64,000 bases of DNA, taken from the NCBI GenBank assembly GCA_965153355.1, contig OZ231126.1:45384001-45448000 (forward strand), written 5' to 3'. A program made the translations under genes and the position numbers. This DNA comes from Flaccisagitta enflata (taxonomy: Eukaryota). Under the pieces are notes generated by a model. That model made no database searches. It was not told the DNA's origin and worked only from the letters and a program-made list of their open reading frames with translations. Positions 13,654 through 34,186 of this stretch are shown piece after piece. Within the stretch, counting starts at the first letter, position 1. Every line of letters begins with the position of its first letter.

Positions 13654-14952
13654 AGTTGTGTGCACGCGACTCTACAACCCGCTCTTTTGGTCCGTCGGTC
13701 GGTCGGTTACACTTAGCTTTTTTCCATCGTTTTTGGTCATTTTGGGTTGTCTGGAGTTATTTGGAGTCATTTTTTTTGTTGTTTTTAGTCATTTTTTGTT
13801 GTTTTTAGTCATTTTTGGTTGCTTTTGGTCATTTTTGGTCATTTTTGATCGTTTACGTCACTTTATTGATTTAAGCCATTTGTATCGTTTTTGGGCATTT
13901 AACATTGTTTTAGGTCATTTTAAGTCATTTTGGGACATTTCAGGTCATTTTTGGTCATTTAACATGGTTTTTTGGTATGTTTTGGTCTTTTGTGTTTTTT
14001 TCTTTTTGTTTTTTTTGTTTTTTGTTTTTTTGTTTTCTGTTTTTGATTTTTGTTTTTTTTTTGTTTTTGGTCATTTATTATAATTTTTTGGTATTGTTTT
14101 TGGTCATTTATAAATATTTTTGGTTTCTTGGTTGTTTGGTTTTAGGTTTTTTGGTTTTAGGTTTTTTGGTTTTTTGGTTTTTGGGTTTTTGGTTTTTTGG
14201 GACATTTCAGGTCTCTTTTGTTCATTTAACATGGTTTTTCAGTATGTTTTGGTCATTTATGTTTTTTTTTTGGTTTTTTGGTTTTCGGTTTTTTGTTTTT
14301 TTGGTTTTTGGTTTTTTGGTCATTTAACATGGTTTTTTGTTTGTTTTGGTCATTTATGTTTTTGGTCTTTTGGTCTTTTGGTTTTTGGTTTTTTGGCTTT
14401 TTTATCTTTTGTTTTTTTGTTTTTTTGTTTTTTTTTGCTTTTTTGCTTTTTGGTTTTTGTTTTTTGTTTTTTGTTTTTTGCTTCTTGGTTTTTGGTTTTT
14501 GGTTTTTGGTTTTTGGTTTTTGGTTTTTGGTTTTTGGTTTTTGGTTTTTGGTTTTTGATTTTTTGGTTTTTTGGTTTCTTGGTTTTTTGGTTTCTTGATA
14601 TCTTGGTCATTTATGTTTTTTTTTATGTTTTGGTCATTTATGCTTTTTGGTATGTTTTGGTCTTTTATGTCATTTCAAATCTGCTGGTTTCAGTTTGCTG
14701 GTTTAAGTCTACTGGTTTAAGTCTGCTTTAAGTCTCATGTTGATTAAAAAGATACAATAAGAAGTCAGGTCAATTCAGTTTTTTATGTCTTGCACGCGAC
14801 TTATAGGTGTTGGCCTTGTTTTCAATCTTTTCAGTTGCGGACACTCAAACTCTACACCTTTGCTGTGTTGGTCAGTCGGTAGGTCGGCAATTTTTTGCAT
14901 TACGGCCCCTGCCCAATTGTCCGCGACTGTCTTGTCGTTTATACGGCCTTGT

Positions 14953-15113
<161 letters not shown>

Positions 15114-16107
15114 AAACTTCCAGCATTATAATGGCTGGAATGTGCCAACAGTTATGCTGGAAAGTATGGTATGAAGTTGAGTAAAGATTTTTCGAACACC
15201 TGTAAGCAATGGAGTAATGTAAAGGATATTCTATAAACTTTGAATCAGTAATTTGAGAGGATAAAGAAACATTATTTCAATTATCAACCTGTTGGAATTC
15301 TGTATGGAATCTGGCACATGGAAAAAATGTGAGGCAGTGTTGAAAGTTGATTTGCTATTGAAACATGATGGTACTTTAACAATGATGGGATCATATTGGA
15401 AAAATCTACCTATTGATGGAATTTAGTCCAAGTACCTTATGACAGCGTGCCCACGAAGCCATCATTTAGGGTATCAAAATTGGTAAAATTAGAAAACATA
15501 CATGAGTGAAAATAGAAAAACAAGTGAATAAGTGATTGAGATTATACATGCATGATATTTGAAAGCAAATTTTGCATCCATTTAGCAAGAGACTCAGATT
15601 AAGCTTACACTACTGAAGAAGATTTACTGAAAATTTCCACAAATTTCTTTTTTGTCACTGACAAGGGGTCGGTCGAAATTATAAGTTTGCATAGAAAATA
15701 AAAAAATGAAAAAACAAAGAACATAGTTCTCTGCCCAAATCGTTTCTAGAGAGAGCTATGTTTTTGAAAATGCAAAATTCTTCTAAGTGTGGCTTTCTTA
15801 CAATTTCGACCTCAGAACTTAGAAGAAAATGTCAACAAGATTTCTCTAAAAATCTTCATTTTCTTGCCATTTTCCGTGAGAATTGCTTTTCTAAAGGCGA
15901 CTAAAAGCGTAAAATATGAAACAGAAATACACATCAAGTGTATCAAGTGAAAACTTGAGCAAAGAAAACATTTGTGGATGGGTAATTAATCCATAATTGA
16001 TGCAAAAGTGAGGTGAAGCACTTCATTTTTTTCTGGCAGATTTGACGTCTTATTTACTCATTGTACGAATCTATTTGTTGCAATGTGGACAACTGATGTT
16101 CTTAATA

Positions 16108-16636
<529 letters not shown>

Positions 16637-16639
16637 CAG

Positions 16640-16767
16640 AAAACACAAGCTACAACTCCTGGCTAAGAACTGGTCTTCTCGGTGCCTTTTCTATGTGCTT
16701 TGTGTCGGTTTTCGGGGCTCTCATGAATCAAGCTTTTTTTTGGATTGCAACATTTTTGGGAATAAAG
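16640..16767 (+). CDS. ABCC transporter exon (TM2)
   Basis: (ct)n-ccag acceptor; phase 1 matches the previous donor. Reads ENTSYNSWLRTGLLGAFSMCFVSVFGALMNQAFFWIATFLGIK; donor aag|gtgaat. Confidence 0.88.
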
Positions 16768-17940
16768 GTGAATGAACAAGGCCAAAACAAGGCCAAAACA
16801 AGGCCAAAACAAGGCCAAGTTAGAAGGCCATAACAAGGCCAAAATAGTCGCAAAAGCGTTAGATGGTCAGCGGTTGCGCCTGTGAGTGTGATGGTGAGAG
16901 GGGCAGTGGCTCCGAAGGGGCCAATGACCTATGCTAAGTAAGTTTGGAAGCTTTAGGCGGGAATTTGAGCATTGCTGCAAGGATTTGAGCCTTGAAGCTG
17001 GGATTTGAGCCTCAAAGCTAGGATTTGAGCCTCAAGGTTGGGATTTGAGCTTTTGGGCAGCGGCCCAGAAGGGGACGATCTGTAGAACACACGGGACTTT
17101 TGTTCGTTTATCCGTTCGTTCGTTCGTCCCCCAGGCCCTCTCAGGCCTGAAATCTGCCCTCTCAGGCCTTGAATCTGCCCTCTCAGGCCTGAAATTCGTC
17201 CTTTCAGGCCTGAAACCTGCCTATCAGGCTTAAATCTGCCCTGTCAGGCCTGAAATCTGCCTTCTCAGATTCAAGGCCTGAGAGGGCAGATTTCAGGCCT
17301 GAGAGGGCAGATTTTAGGCCTGAGAGGGCAAAATTTCAGGCCTGAGAGGGCTTGGGGGGGGGCGGATGAATGGACTAAAACGAACGAAAGTCCCCTGTGT
17401 TCTACAGGACTTTGTCTCCTTCGGGGCCGCTGCCCTGCCTATCATTCCGATTTACAACCATACAAAGCAGGGCAACGGGTATCGCTGACCACATATTGCC
17501 CTTGGGCGACCTGTTAGGCTGTGATTTGAGTCTCAAGACTGGGATTTAAGTCTCAAGGCAGGGATTTGAGCCTCAAGGCTGGGATTAGAGCCTCAAGGAT
17601 GGGAGTTGAGCTTCAAGGCTGGGATACAAGCCTCGAGGTTGGAGTTTGAGCCTTACGGCTAGAATTTGAGCCTCAAGGCTGGAATTTGAGCCTGGAGGTT
17701 GGTGTTTGAGCCTTGAGGCTGGAATTTGAGCCTCAAGGCTGGAATTTGAGCCCCGAGGCTGGAGTTTGAGCCTCAAGGCTGGAATTTGAGCCTTGAGGCT
17801 GGTATTTGAGCCTCGAGGCTGGGGATTGAGCCTCGGAAGGGGGGGGGGTGGACGGAGGAGAAGGAGGAGAGGGAGGAAAAATTGTCCTATGTGTGAAAGC
17901 ATAGGTCATCGGCCCCTTTGGGGCCGCTGCTTAACAAGGC

Positions 17941-24088
<6,148 letters not shown>

Positions 24089-24094
24089 AAGGCC

Positions 24095-24320
24095 TAAACA
24101 AGGCAAAAACAAGGCCAAAACAAGGCCAAAACAAGGCCAAAACAAGGTCAAAGCAAGGCCAAAACAAGGCCAAAATAACGCCAAAACGAGGCCAAAACAA
24201 GGCCAAAATAACGCCAAAACAAGGCCAAAACAAGGCCAAAATAACGCCAAAACAAGGCCAAAACAAGGCCAAAACAAGGCAAAAACAAGGCAAAAACAAG
24301 GCCAAAACAAGGCCAAAATA
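24095..24320 (+). repeat. 11-bp tandem repeat (aacaaggccaa)n; the same unit occurs at 16775-16845
   Basis: Direct observation. The array starts just after the ABCC donor at 16767 and resumes after the nested insertions. Confidence 0.9.
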
Positions 24321-25202
24321 TATATGCCGGGTTGATCTTTTAGCAAGCAAATGACCAAATTAGAGGACAGACTGACAGTGGAACAGATGGACGAAAGGAC
24401 AGATGGACGGATTAGGAAACAAATCTTGAATAGGAAAACAAACATATTTTGAAAATTTTTGAGGGGGCTAGGTAACACAACCCTAAACTAGCGCTGACTT
24501 CTGGCATTGGATGGGGGTTCCAACTCAGCTATAGTATGATATGAACAAAATTGAAAAAATGGAACTGGAGCTAATCCAAGTCCCCAGTTTTGGTCCTTTC
24601 CTTTAATCAAGGGGGCTGGGATATGGAGATATTTCTTTACAGGGGGTATGGTTACATAGTTTCTAAATGATTAAAGATATAAAAGCCTTTGTCCTCTGAT
24701 GATATAACTAGGCATTATCAAAAACGTTCTTATTTCCTTTAGATTTCTCTGAAAAAAAGCTGTGTTTTTAATAATGACCTGTGACTTATGTCAACCCTAC
24801 CTCTTTAACATTTTTTTGGTTTTTAAAATGATAGTGTTCACTTTTTAGTTGTCATTTCTGAACAGTTGAAGATACAGGAATCAGATTGGACTCATTTGGT
24901 AGACTATTTTCAGAATTTCAATTTGTTTTTTGTAAATTTTCGTTAATTTGTTTTTCGTTTTTTTTCTGAAAAGTCATATAGCTTTTCTGAACATCCGGAT
25001 ATCCTCCTTTATAGTTGATGCTGAACTTTTCCAAGGTAGTAGTACTCCCTCTTTTTATCAAAATGCGGGGTATATTTCTGTTTTGAGATAGCATGTAGAT
25101 GGGAAAAATCTGCATCAATGTAGCTGTGTCAACCGCAACATTTATACTTAATGTTTACTGCCAGCTTATACTGTAGGTGGTCACCATTTATCAAATTTAC
25201 AG

Positions 25203-25319
25203 GTAAAAAACAGCTTATCAATGGTCATATTTGCCAAAAGTCTTCGGATTTCTGCCTCCGCAAAACAGGACATCTCAACAGGCAAAATCCTTAATCTCAT
25301 GAGTAATGACACGGAAAAG
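25203..25319 (+). CDS. ABCC transporter exon (intracellular loop 1)
   Basis: tttacag|VKNSLSMVIFAKSLRISASAKQDISTGKILNLMSNDTEK|gtaatg; classic ABCC K.L.LS...G.I.NLMS.D motif; phase 0-0. Confidence 0.92.
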
Positions 25320-25484
25320 GTAATGCAGCAGAGAAATGGATAATTGGGTTTTAATCTAAGATACATGTGACCAAGTTTTAATTTTTCTTTCTTGCCCCAA
25401 AGGGGATGAAGCCCTGTTGAACACAAGGGAAATCCCCCCCCCCCCCACCCGCCCCTTGCCCCATCCCCCCCTACCCGCCCCTTG

Positions 25485-28012
25485 CCCCATCCCCCCCCCA
25501 CCCGCCCCTTGCCCATCTTCAGGGCCTCGTCTCCTTCAGAGCCTGGGAGGCCCAAATACAAGGAAAATGGCCCAAATTTTGGCCTCTATGATCCAAATTC
25601 TAGCCCCAGAGAACCAGTTTCTGGCCTCTGAGGCTAAGTTTTGGCCTTCCTGGCCCACATTTTAACCCATGAGACATACAGTGGAGTTCTCGGAAAATCA
25701 GCCTAAATTGGAGGAAGTTATTTAAGTGTCCTAATTCTTTTTGATTAACTTAATATCAACTTAATATACTTGATATTTGGAACATAAGTTGCTCAATTGA
25801 CACTTTTGTCCCTGACTTTTTTGGTTGCCATGGAAATAGAAAAAAAAAGTCATAACCGCAATGATATTGATATTTTCACTAATGCATTAAGGACACATTA
25901 GTTAAAATCACAACCCACAATATATCCCGTAAGAGTATCGCTCATTTAGCTGTTACCAGGGAGAATCACTTACGGTTGCTAGGTGTGATGCCCACACTCA
26001 AAAAAAAAATTTTCAGGTATAACTTTGTTTAATAAATTAGACCTAGATGGTCGATTATTATACATGGGCCCCAATTATATTCCAATTATACGGAATTATA
26101 CTGAAATTATACTGAATTATATAAAATTATACAAAGTTATACAGCCCTGGAGGGTCAGATTTACCAAAATTATACAGTATTATATTTGCGCAATATAACA
26201 GTTAGACAAAGTCTTATGCATATAACAATTATATTTTTAGGTATAACAATTATATTTGATTTATATAATGATTATATATCCCCAAAACATAATTTCTTTC
26301 TCATTTGCATAATGTTGTTTTGCCTGATATCTTGCTTTCGTGATTTTCTATAAAGTTCTCATCAAAAGTGAGAACTTTTATAGATTCAGACTAAGCATCT
26401 ATAGCTTAAGTCTTTTCCTATAAAGTTCGCATTAAAAATGCAAACATTTATAGAACAAGACTAAGCATACAGAGCAAGTCTGTCTAAAGCTATTGGCAGA
26501 TCGTCGTGGATCATACTGGACCAGATAGCGTACTTATAGATTTTTTCTATTTTTTATATTCAACATTTTGAACTGGAATGGTCTACAGGCAGTAATACAG
26601 TAACTATCACATAATAACTACATATGTTGGATAAATCATAAGATAACATCATTGAGCTAATTCCCTATGTCAACTTAACATGTGTATAAAGTTTCATTAT
26701 AAACTTTAAAGAAAAGGGCAAGATATTAGGCAAAATGTTCTGAGCTATTGCCCCATCCCCTCCCCACCCGCCCCTTGCCCATCTTCAGGGCCTCGTCTCC
26801 TTCAGAGCCTGGGAGGCCAAAATACAAGGAAAATGGCCCAAATTTTGGCCTCTATGATCCAAATTCTAGCCCCAGAGAACCAGTTTCTGGCCTCTGAGGC
26901 TAAGTTTTGGCCTTCCTGGCCCACATTATAACCCATGAGACATACAGTGGAGTTCTCGGAAAACCAGCCTAAATTGGAGGAAGTTATTTAAGTGTCCTAA
27001 TTCTTTTTGATTAACTTAATATCAACTTAATATACTTGATATTTGGAACATAAGTTGCTCAATTGACACTTTTGTCCCTGACTTTTTTGGTTGCCATGGA
27101 AATAGAAAAGAAAAGTCATAACCGCAATGATATTGATATTTTCACTAATGCATTAAGGACACATTAGTTAAAATCACAACCCACAATATATCCCGTAAGA
27201 GTATCGCTCATTTAGCTGTTACCAGGGAGAATCACTTACGGTTGCTAGGTGTGATGCCCACACTCAAAAAAAAAATTTTCAGGTTTAACTTTGTCTAATA
27301 AATTAGACCTAGATGGTCCATTACTATACATGGGCCCCAATTATATTCCAATTATACAGAATTATACTGAAATTATACTGAATTATATAAAATTATACAA
27401 AGTTATACAGCCCTGGAGGGTCAGATTTACCAAAATCATACAGTATTATATTTGCGCAATATAACAGTTAGACAAAGTCTTATGCATATAATAATTATAT
27501 TTTTAGGTATAACAATTATATTTGATTTATATAATGATTATATTTCCCCAAAACATAATTTCTTTCTCATTTGCATAATGTTGTTTTGCCTGATATCTTG
27601 CTTTCGTGATTTTCTACAAAGTTCTCATCAAAAGTGAGAACTTTTATAGATTCAGACTAAGCATCTATAGCTTAAGTCTTTTCCTATAAAGTTCGCATTA
27701 AAAATGCAAACATTTATAGAACAAGACTAAGCATACAGAGCAAGTTTGTCTAAAGCTATCGGCAGATCGTTGTGGATCATACTGGGCCAGATAGCGTACT
27801 TACAGATTTTTTCTATTTTTTATATTCAACATTTTGAACTGGAATGGTCTACAGGCAGTAATACAGTAACTATCACATAATAACTACATATGTTGGATAA
27901 ATCATAAGATAACATCATTGAGCTAATTCCCTATGTCAACTTAACATGTGTATAAAGTTTCATTATAAACTTTAAAAAAAAGGGCAAGATATTAGGCAAA
28001 ATGTTCTGAACT
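25485..28012 (+). repeat. Tandem duplication, unit 1266 bp
   Basis: gcccatcttc at 25511 and 26777; caaaatgttctga at 26731 and 27997; only scattered substitutions between the copies. Confidence 0.93.
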
Positions 28013-28805
28013 ACTTTATGCAAATGATATATATATGATATATAATTTTGCCAATTCTAATAGTCATATATATTTTTCATTGAAGTCTTTTTTTTAGCCA
28101 AAGTCTATTTATCATTATAATTGTTATATATGTACACGATTTTTTAAAAAAACAATAGTTTTCTCTCGACACATGCACTGCAAGCCAACCTGAAACTTGC
28201 CCAGTGGTGAAAAAGGCCGCACAACCTTTTAAGAGGAAAATAGTGGTCGTGCTGTTTGTGTAATTGTTATATTTTTTGTTAATGTGCTTTTTATATTCGG
28301 AAAGAATAGATCTATCGACTCCAATAACCTCCTCTATGTCATTCCCGTTGTTGCTATGTTTCTGCATTTTTTTTTTCGATGTTTTCGGAAGTGCCGGTAT
28401 AATTCTGTATAATTTCGCTGAAAATCGCCTTAGGGATGAATGTAATAATTATATAAAATCGCATGTATAATAATCGACCTTTTAGGTATAATTTTCATGA
28501 TAATTATTAGATTTAGAAATTTTTTTTTTGAGTGCAATAGCAACGACCAAATGAGCAATATTCTTACAGAACATACTGTCAGAAAGTTGTAGCAAGTATA
28601 ATCCTGAGCTATGTTCCCTGATTGTATCTGTTAAAATACTGATATTCTAGTAGTTATAAATGTTCAAAAAATGATTTTAGTTTCCATAGCAACCAAAAAA
28701 AATTAGGGACAAAAGCATCAATTGAACAACTCATATTTCAAATATCAAGTTTGTCCAACTTAAATACCTACCTCCAGTTTAGGCTGTTTATCCATGAGTC
28801 CACTG
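26945..28805. mobile_element. Tc1/mariner-type non-autonomous element (left end duplicated at 25679)
   Basis: ta|cagtggagttctcggaaaaccagcctaaattggagg ... cctccagtttaggctgtttatccatgagtccactg|ta. Confidence 0.7.
27261..28534. mobile_element. CACTA/CMC-like non-autonomous element nested in the previous element
   Basis: Ends cactcaaaaaaaaaattt ... aaattttttttttgagtg, flanked by a 2-bp ca duplication. Confidence 0.65.
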
Positions 28806-28980
28806 TACATTCTGACCTTTGAGAACCAAATGCAGCCTTTTGAAATTCACGTCCTTGCCTACAACTCCCAGATCTTGACCTCAAAGACCCATACAATGGC
28901 CCCAATGACAAAAATCCTAGCCTCTTAGAACGGATTCATTGACAAAAATATAGACAGAAGGACAGAATCCCCAGAAGCTA

Positions 28981-29489
28981 CAGTAGATGTCGTCTAGACT
29001 TGGAAATACAGGGGCCCTCATATCGTAACTACCATTTGCGCCAATGAAATGAAACTGTGTCTGTATAATGCTTATGTCCTATAGGGTTGACGATGGGGTA
29101 TGGCAGCTCTGTGGATAGAAAATTCTTTTGAATATACTAAAACAAATCTGTTTTGCTCGAACAGCTGCCAGAATTGGTCTAGTGGTTAACTCACTTGTCT
29201 TCAAATCCTTCTTGATTAATCAACTTCTTTAAAAGTTCCGGGTTCGAATCCCAGGCTGGTTTTGCAATTAAAGCAAATAGATGAAGCTGAAATTCTGCCA
29301 AAAAAGTGATTGATCCCAATATTTTATACTAAAAGTTTTTTTTGTAAGGTAAGCCGTAGGGGGATACCATACCCCATCGTCAACCCCTTAGGGTCTATAC
29401 ATTACACTAGCAAAATATCAGTCCCCTCACTGTACTGATGCTGAGGTTATGAGCTCCCCCGTATTTCCAAGTCTAGACGACATCTACTG
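28981..29489. mobile_element. Tc1/mariner-type MITE containing a nested TIR element (~29083-29387)
   Basis: TIR cagtagatgtcgtctagacttggaaatac with TA TSD; inner TIR gggttgacgatggggtatgg / ccataccccatcgtcaaccc. Confidence 0.85.
29167..29263 (+). other. tRNA-derived Pol III-like unit (A box, B box, T-run) inside the nested TIR element
   Basis: gccag...tggtctagtgg (A box)...ggttcgaatcc (B box)...ctggt-ttt; the cloverleaf is imperfect. Confidence 0.55.
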
Positions 29490-30185
29490 TACAGGACTTA
29501 ATCCTTTTTGGGCAGCTGCCCTTCAAACTCTCCACTGTAATCTGAAACAACTTATGCAGGGCACGAGTAATGCACGAGTGATGCTGCCTTTGGGCTGCAA
29601 TTATTTGGAAAAAAGTCGAAGAGACGAAGTCCCTTCGGTCTTTTTGAGTCCTGCAGAGTTTGTTGGATTTCCCTTTTTCTCATGAAGCGTTTGGGCAAGT
29701 TGGTAAGTTTTGGGGGCTGAATGGTGCTACACATGAAATTAACAGCTAAGAAAGAGCTAAATCTCCTCTTTCAGATGACGCCAAGCAGAATTCTGTGCGA
29801 TCGATAATTTTGGAGCTATGATTTTTTGAATCTTTTTTTATTTTTTCTCATTTTTCTCATTTTTCCCTAAAACCAGGAATCGAGTTAGTTGAAGTCTATT
29901 TGAACTTTGAAATGTCCCAGGTGATGACTGTGCATCCTGGCAGCACAGTCTCTCTCTCATCTCAACTCCCGACTCTATGAGAGGCTTTGTCCGTCAGTCC
30001 ATCCATCGGTCTGTTGGTCTGTCTGTCCGTCCAAGTGGAAAAGTGGAAAAGCAAGCTGTCTAGATGCTTGTGTGTTGGGGTTTGGGTGTGGATGGGGGTT
30101 GGATGCCTCTGTCCACCTGTCTGCAACGATATTGTAACCCTGTGTTACATGTTTTTCTCTGTTTCTCTCTCTGTCTCTCTCTCCC

Positions 30186-30316
<131 letters not shown>

Positions 30317-30605
30317 TTTTTTTCTCTCTCACTCTCTTTTCCTCTCTCATTTTCTCGAGCAGCATTTACGACTTTTTTCCTACGGCGATTAGCCGCCCTT
30401 ATTGATATTTCTTGTTTTTCGTCTTTTCTATCATGTATATTTTTCTTTTGGGGCTCTTTGTTTTGTCTATTGATGTTGGCCATTCATTTGGCCATTCATT
30501 TGGCCATTCTTTTTGCCATTCTTTTGGTCATTCTTTTGGCCATTCTTTTGGCCTTTGTGCAGGGATGCTCATTATCTAGATTCTGATATTTAACCTTTCA
30601 TGCAG

Positions 30606-30756
30606 TTCATGTGGGGAATTCCAATGCTCACGGTTGGGATTCTAGTACCCATTCATATTGGTTACTGCATTTGGCTTCTGTTTAACCAACTTGGATTGGC
30701 AGCTTCTGGTGGCCTTGCTTTCTTCCTTATAATGACGCCAATCCAGGGTTTGATCG
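30606..30756 (+). CDS. ABCC transporter exon (TM3-TM4)
   Basis: tgcag|FMWGIPMLTVGILVPIHIGYCIWLLFNQLGLAASGGLAFFLIMTPIQGLI; donor after 30756 (gtaggt) or after 30760 (gtattt). Confidence 0.88.
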
Positions 30757-30814
30757 GTAGGTATTTTGGGAGGCAGAATTGTTACAATCATCTTTGTCAA
30801 TTAGGATCATGAAT

Positions 30815-30938
<124 letters not shown>

Positions 30939-32281
30939 TCTTTGTGTTTGTGACTTAGTGTTTGGGTGTGTGTTTTCATTGTTCTTTTAACCTGGAAATC
31001 AGCATCAACTTTGGAAAAGAGTTGCTGAGGAGGGCACTCATGGCCGAATCCTAATCTGAAAATGCTCACAAACCATTCAAGGCAGATTCGGACTAGAGTG
31101 GTTGCAATTTTCGGTGCTCATTGTTGATAAAGTGGTTTATTGGGCCCTGATTGATACTTTATTTGCATCACTCTTTATTTTTAACTTTGAAAAAGTGCCG
31201 CCCATAAACAAATAAAGCTATGTTAACCAGATTGGTTACATTTTAAAAAGAAATGGAAAAAAAGTATTTTTTTTTTCTATCACTATGCACCATATGAGCA
31301 ATGCCACTATATGAATATTCTTTAAAGTGGTTTAAACTCTTTAAAACGCAACCAATTTAGGGTTTGTGGCTTCGTCTAGGAGCAGCCTTCCTCTCAAGTT
31401 GATAGTTATTTTCAGGTTTATTTTAAAGATGGTAAAATTTTGCTAAACCTTGGATCACCAGTTGGTCATTTTTGAAAGTTCCTACTGTAATTTTACATAA
31501 ATATCAACATTTCCCTGAAAGTTCCAATGAGTCAAACTCAAGGTGTAACCATGGCCAAAAAAAACAAGGCTGTATACACGAGCCGAAGTCGCGTGCGGGT
31601 GGGCAGGAGCGGCTAAAAAGCTAAAAAAGCTAAGTGTGACGGACCGACCGACCAACCAACAGACCAACAGACGGACAGAGTGGGTCATAGAGTCGCGTGC
31701 ACGCGACTAAAAAAACAAAAAAACCGGACAACATGTTTGTCAGTATTTGACACCTGAGTAATGAGAAGAATTAAGAAAAATTGGAGACTGTTTTGAAGCT
31801 CTGCGAAAGATCTTTCAGATGAGACGTTGCTGGTTGTTTTAGCTTTATTTGTCTAGAAATGGTATTGGAACAAAGACAGATTGTCAGAAATTTGAAAATT
31901 CACCACACAGTTTTCATGTTTTTTGTTTGTTTTAACATAGAAACTAAACGCATTGAGTAAAAAATTCGTTCTTGGCGCCATTTTGAAGAAAATTCGAAGC
32001 TCTTTAATTTGCTCATGGATATCAAGTTCAATTCAATTTATTTTCCTCTTAACTCTAAGTCTATGACGATGATAATGAAGTATGGCGAGTATCAATGAAG
32101 TCAAGAGGGAGGACAACAGTAAGCCACTAGGCCCCGACACATTAGAGGTAGCAATGGAGGGTAACAATTTATAGGGGTAGCTTTTTCTGAGTAGACCTCA
32201 GTGTTTAAGGCTTTTTTTTTTTGTATAGGTTGGAGAGAGGGAAGAAAAAGGACTGATAGGTGGGATAGAGGATGAAGTTTT

Positions 32282-32985
32282 CTAACTGTGAAGGTGGTAA
32301 AGGAGGACGAAGGAAACATCAGGACAGAGCTATATGTCAAGCCCACCGATCGGACAAGATATCTTCACAAGATGTCCGACCACCCAAGACACGTAAAAGA
32401 AGGGATTACTAAAGGCCAGTTCAGAAGGTTGAGGAGAATTTGCAGCAATGACGAGGACTATTGGAAGTATGGGAAGCAAGTTGAGGAAAAGCTGGTATCA
32501 AGAGGATATGGAAAAAACCAAGTGAGACAAGAGATGAAGGAGACGTTCCAGATGGAAAGGAATCAAGCACTTAAAAGGGTCTTTCTTTCCAGATGGAAAG
32601 GGGTCAAGCACTTAAAAGGGTGGAAAAAAGTGCAGACAAGAGAGTCAAATTTGTCATCACACACAGTGGATACTTACCAAACATCAACAAAATACTGAAA
32701 AGGCATGGGCATTATTTGGAAGAGGATGGCATGGAAGCATACATCAAGGACCTGCCAAGGCTGAGTTTGAGAAGAGGGAAAAACTTGGGAGACCTAATTG
32801 TGAATGCGAAAGAGAGAAGGAAGGAAGGAGGGTCTGGACCATGTGGAAAAGGGTGCAAGCTGTGCAAGTACATGCAGAGGACAGATGTGGTGAGGGATAA
32901 GGACGGGAAGGAAATGAGAAAAGAAGAGAAAATGGACTGCAGAACAACGGGAGCCGTATATGGGATGTACTGTGGGAGGTGTATA
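32282..32985 (+). mobile_element. Penelope-like element fragment (RT thumb, Cys-rich linker, start of GIY-YIG)
   Basis: LYVKPTDRTRYLHKMSDHPRHVKEGITKGQFRRLRRICS, CGKGCKLC and GAVYGMYCGRC. A ~41-bp internal duplication (32546-32621) causes a frameshift. Confidence 0.88.
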
Positions 32986-33472
32986 ACACTGCAGAGTTCA
33001 TCTCTCGATAAACAAAAGCGTCAATTGTTTAAATTTTAAAATTCCAGATACAGAAAAGTATAAAAAAGGGACGAATGGATTCTGACAAACTTTTCGAGAT
33101 AAATGATTACTGTAATTGTCTATTATTACAGTGGAAATCCCGAACAATACTAACAACTTGTAATCTTACAAGTTTTTCTATAATATCAAAAGGTTTTTAT
33201 ACATTATATGTCGTATATAATAAAAAAACGCGGAATTTCCAACGTTTAACAAGAAGTTAATAGAAACGAAAGAGAAATTGATTGAAACTTTACCGTTTAT
33301 CGATGGTAGAAGAATGAGATGAATCTTTGTCTGTCAACTTTTCTTTCAACTTTTACTTTGCCTAGACTTGACTCTTGTTGGATACACTTCGCTAACTGAT
33401 TGATCAAATAAGCTAAAATTTAAAAACAAAGAAGAAGGTCAAGCAATACCATTTGAAATAATACATCGCATT

Positions 33473-33848
33473 TTATAAGAACATGGGTTTTTGAGGTCAG
33501 CCTCAGTGTTCTTATTCTTAGCCCTGATTTCAGGCTCAAGCGTTCTTAACATGTTCTTATTTTAGAATAAAATTACTTCTTTATTATTACATATCTATAA
33601 TGAAATATTTCTAGAAAATGAAAAGAAATGTAAGATTAATATTCAATAAATGGTAAATTATTATTTTTGAAATCAGTATCAAAATGTCTATCATTTAGAG
33701 TTTTCCATCTAATTTTATGTTTTTTAAAGAAAATTATATTTTTATTATTAAATCTGAGGCTCAATATATTCTTAAGATGTTCTTGTTTTTTGGCCAAATC
33801 TGAGGCTAATGTTCTTATAAACAGTGTTCTTATAGAAAGAAAAGCTTG
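33473..33848. mobile_element. MITE with ttttataagaac-type TIRs
   Basis: tacatcgcattttataagaac ... gttcttatagaaagaaaagcttgta; related to 37370-37863. Confidence 0.55.
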
Positions 33849-34186
33849 TAAGCAAAACAGGCGAACGAACAAATAAGCAAATAAAAAACTTTAAAATCTA
33901 ACATGAAATTATAAATCTAATATAAAATTGTAATTAAAACTAGCTAACCTCGAGAAGGATTAGGGGTTAGGGCTAGGATTCCGCCCAAACACGCCATCAA
34001 CACAAAGAGTTCTTTTAGCGTACATTCCAACTCTATACTACCATCTCGCAAATTTACTTTGAGATGCATAATGCTCAACTAGTCTAAATCGAAAAGTTAT
34101 TGCAACTTGCAATTTGTAAAATAAATCAAATCAACAATAATAAACCCCATATGAGAAGCCAGTAAGATCATGGGAAGCCAGGAGGG

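Noticed and set aside
13658-14731. Phe-rich 'membrane protein' ORFs (also 56960-57556)
   Set aside because: T-rich simple repeats.
29167-29263. Functional tRNA-Sec or opal suppressor tRNA
   Set aside because: Acceptor and anticodon stems do not pair properly and it sits inside a TIR element; kept only as tRNA-derived.
32030-32282. Hammerhead in the flank of the second Penelope fragment
   Set aside because: No intact CTGANGA core with a paired GAAA on either strand.
33958-33980. ttaggggttagggctagg as a telomere remnant
   Set aside because: Only 2-3 degenerate units.
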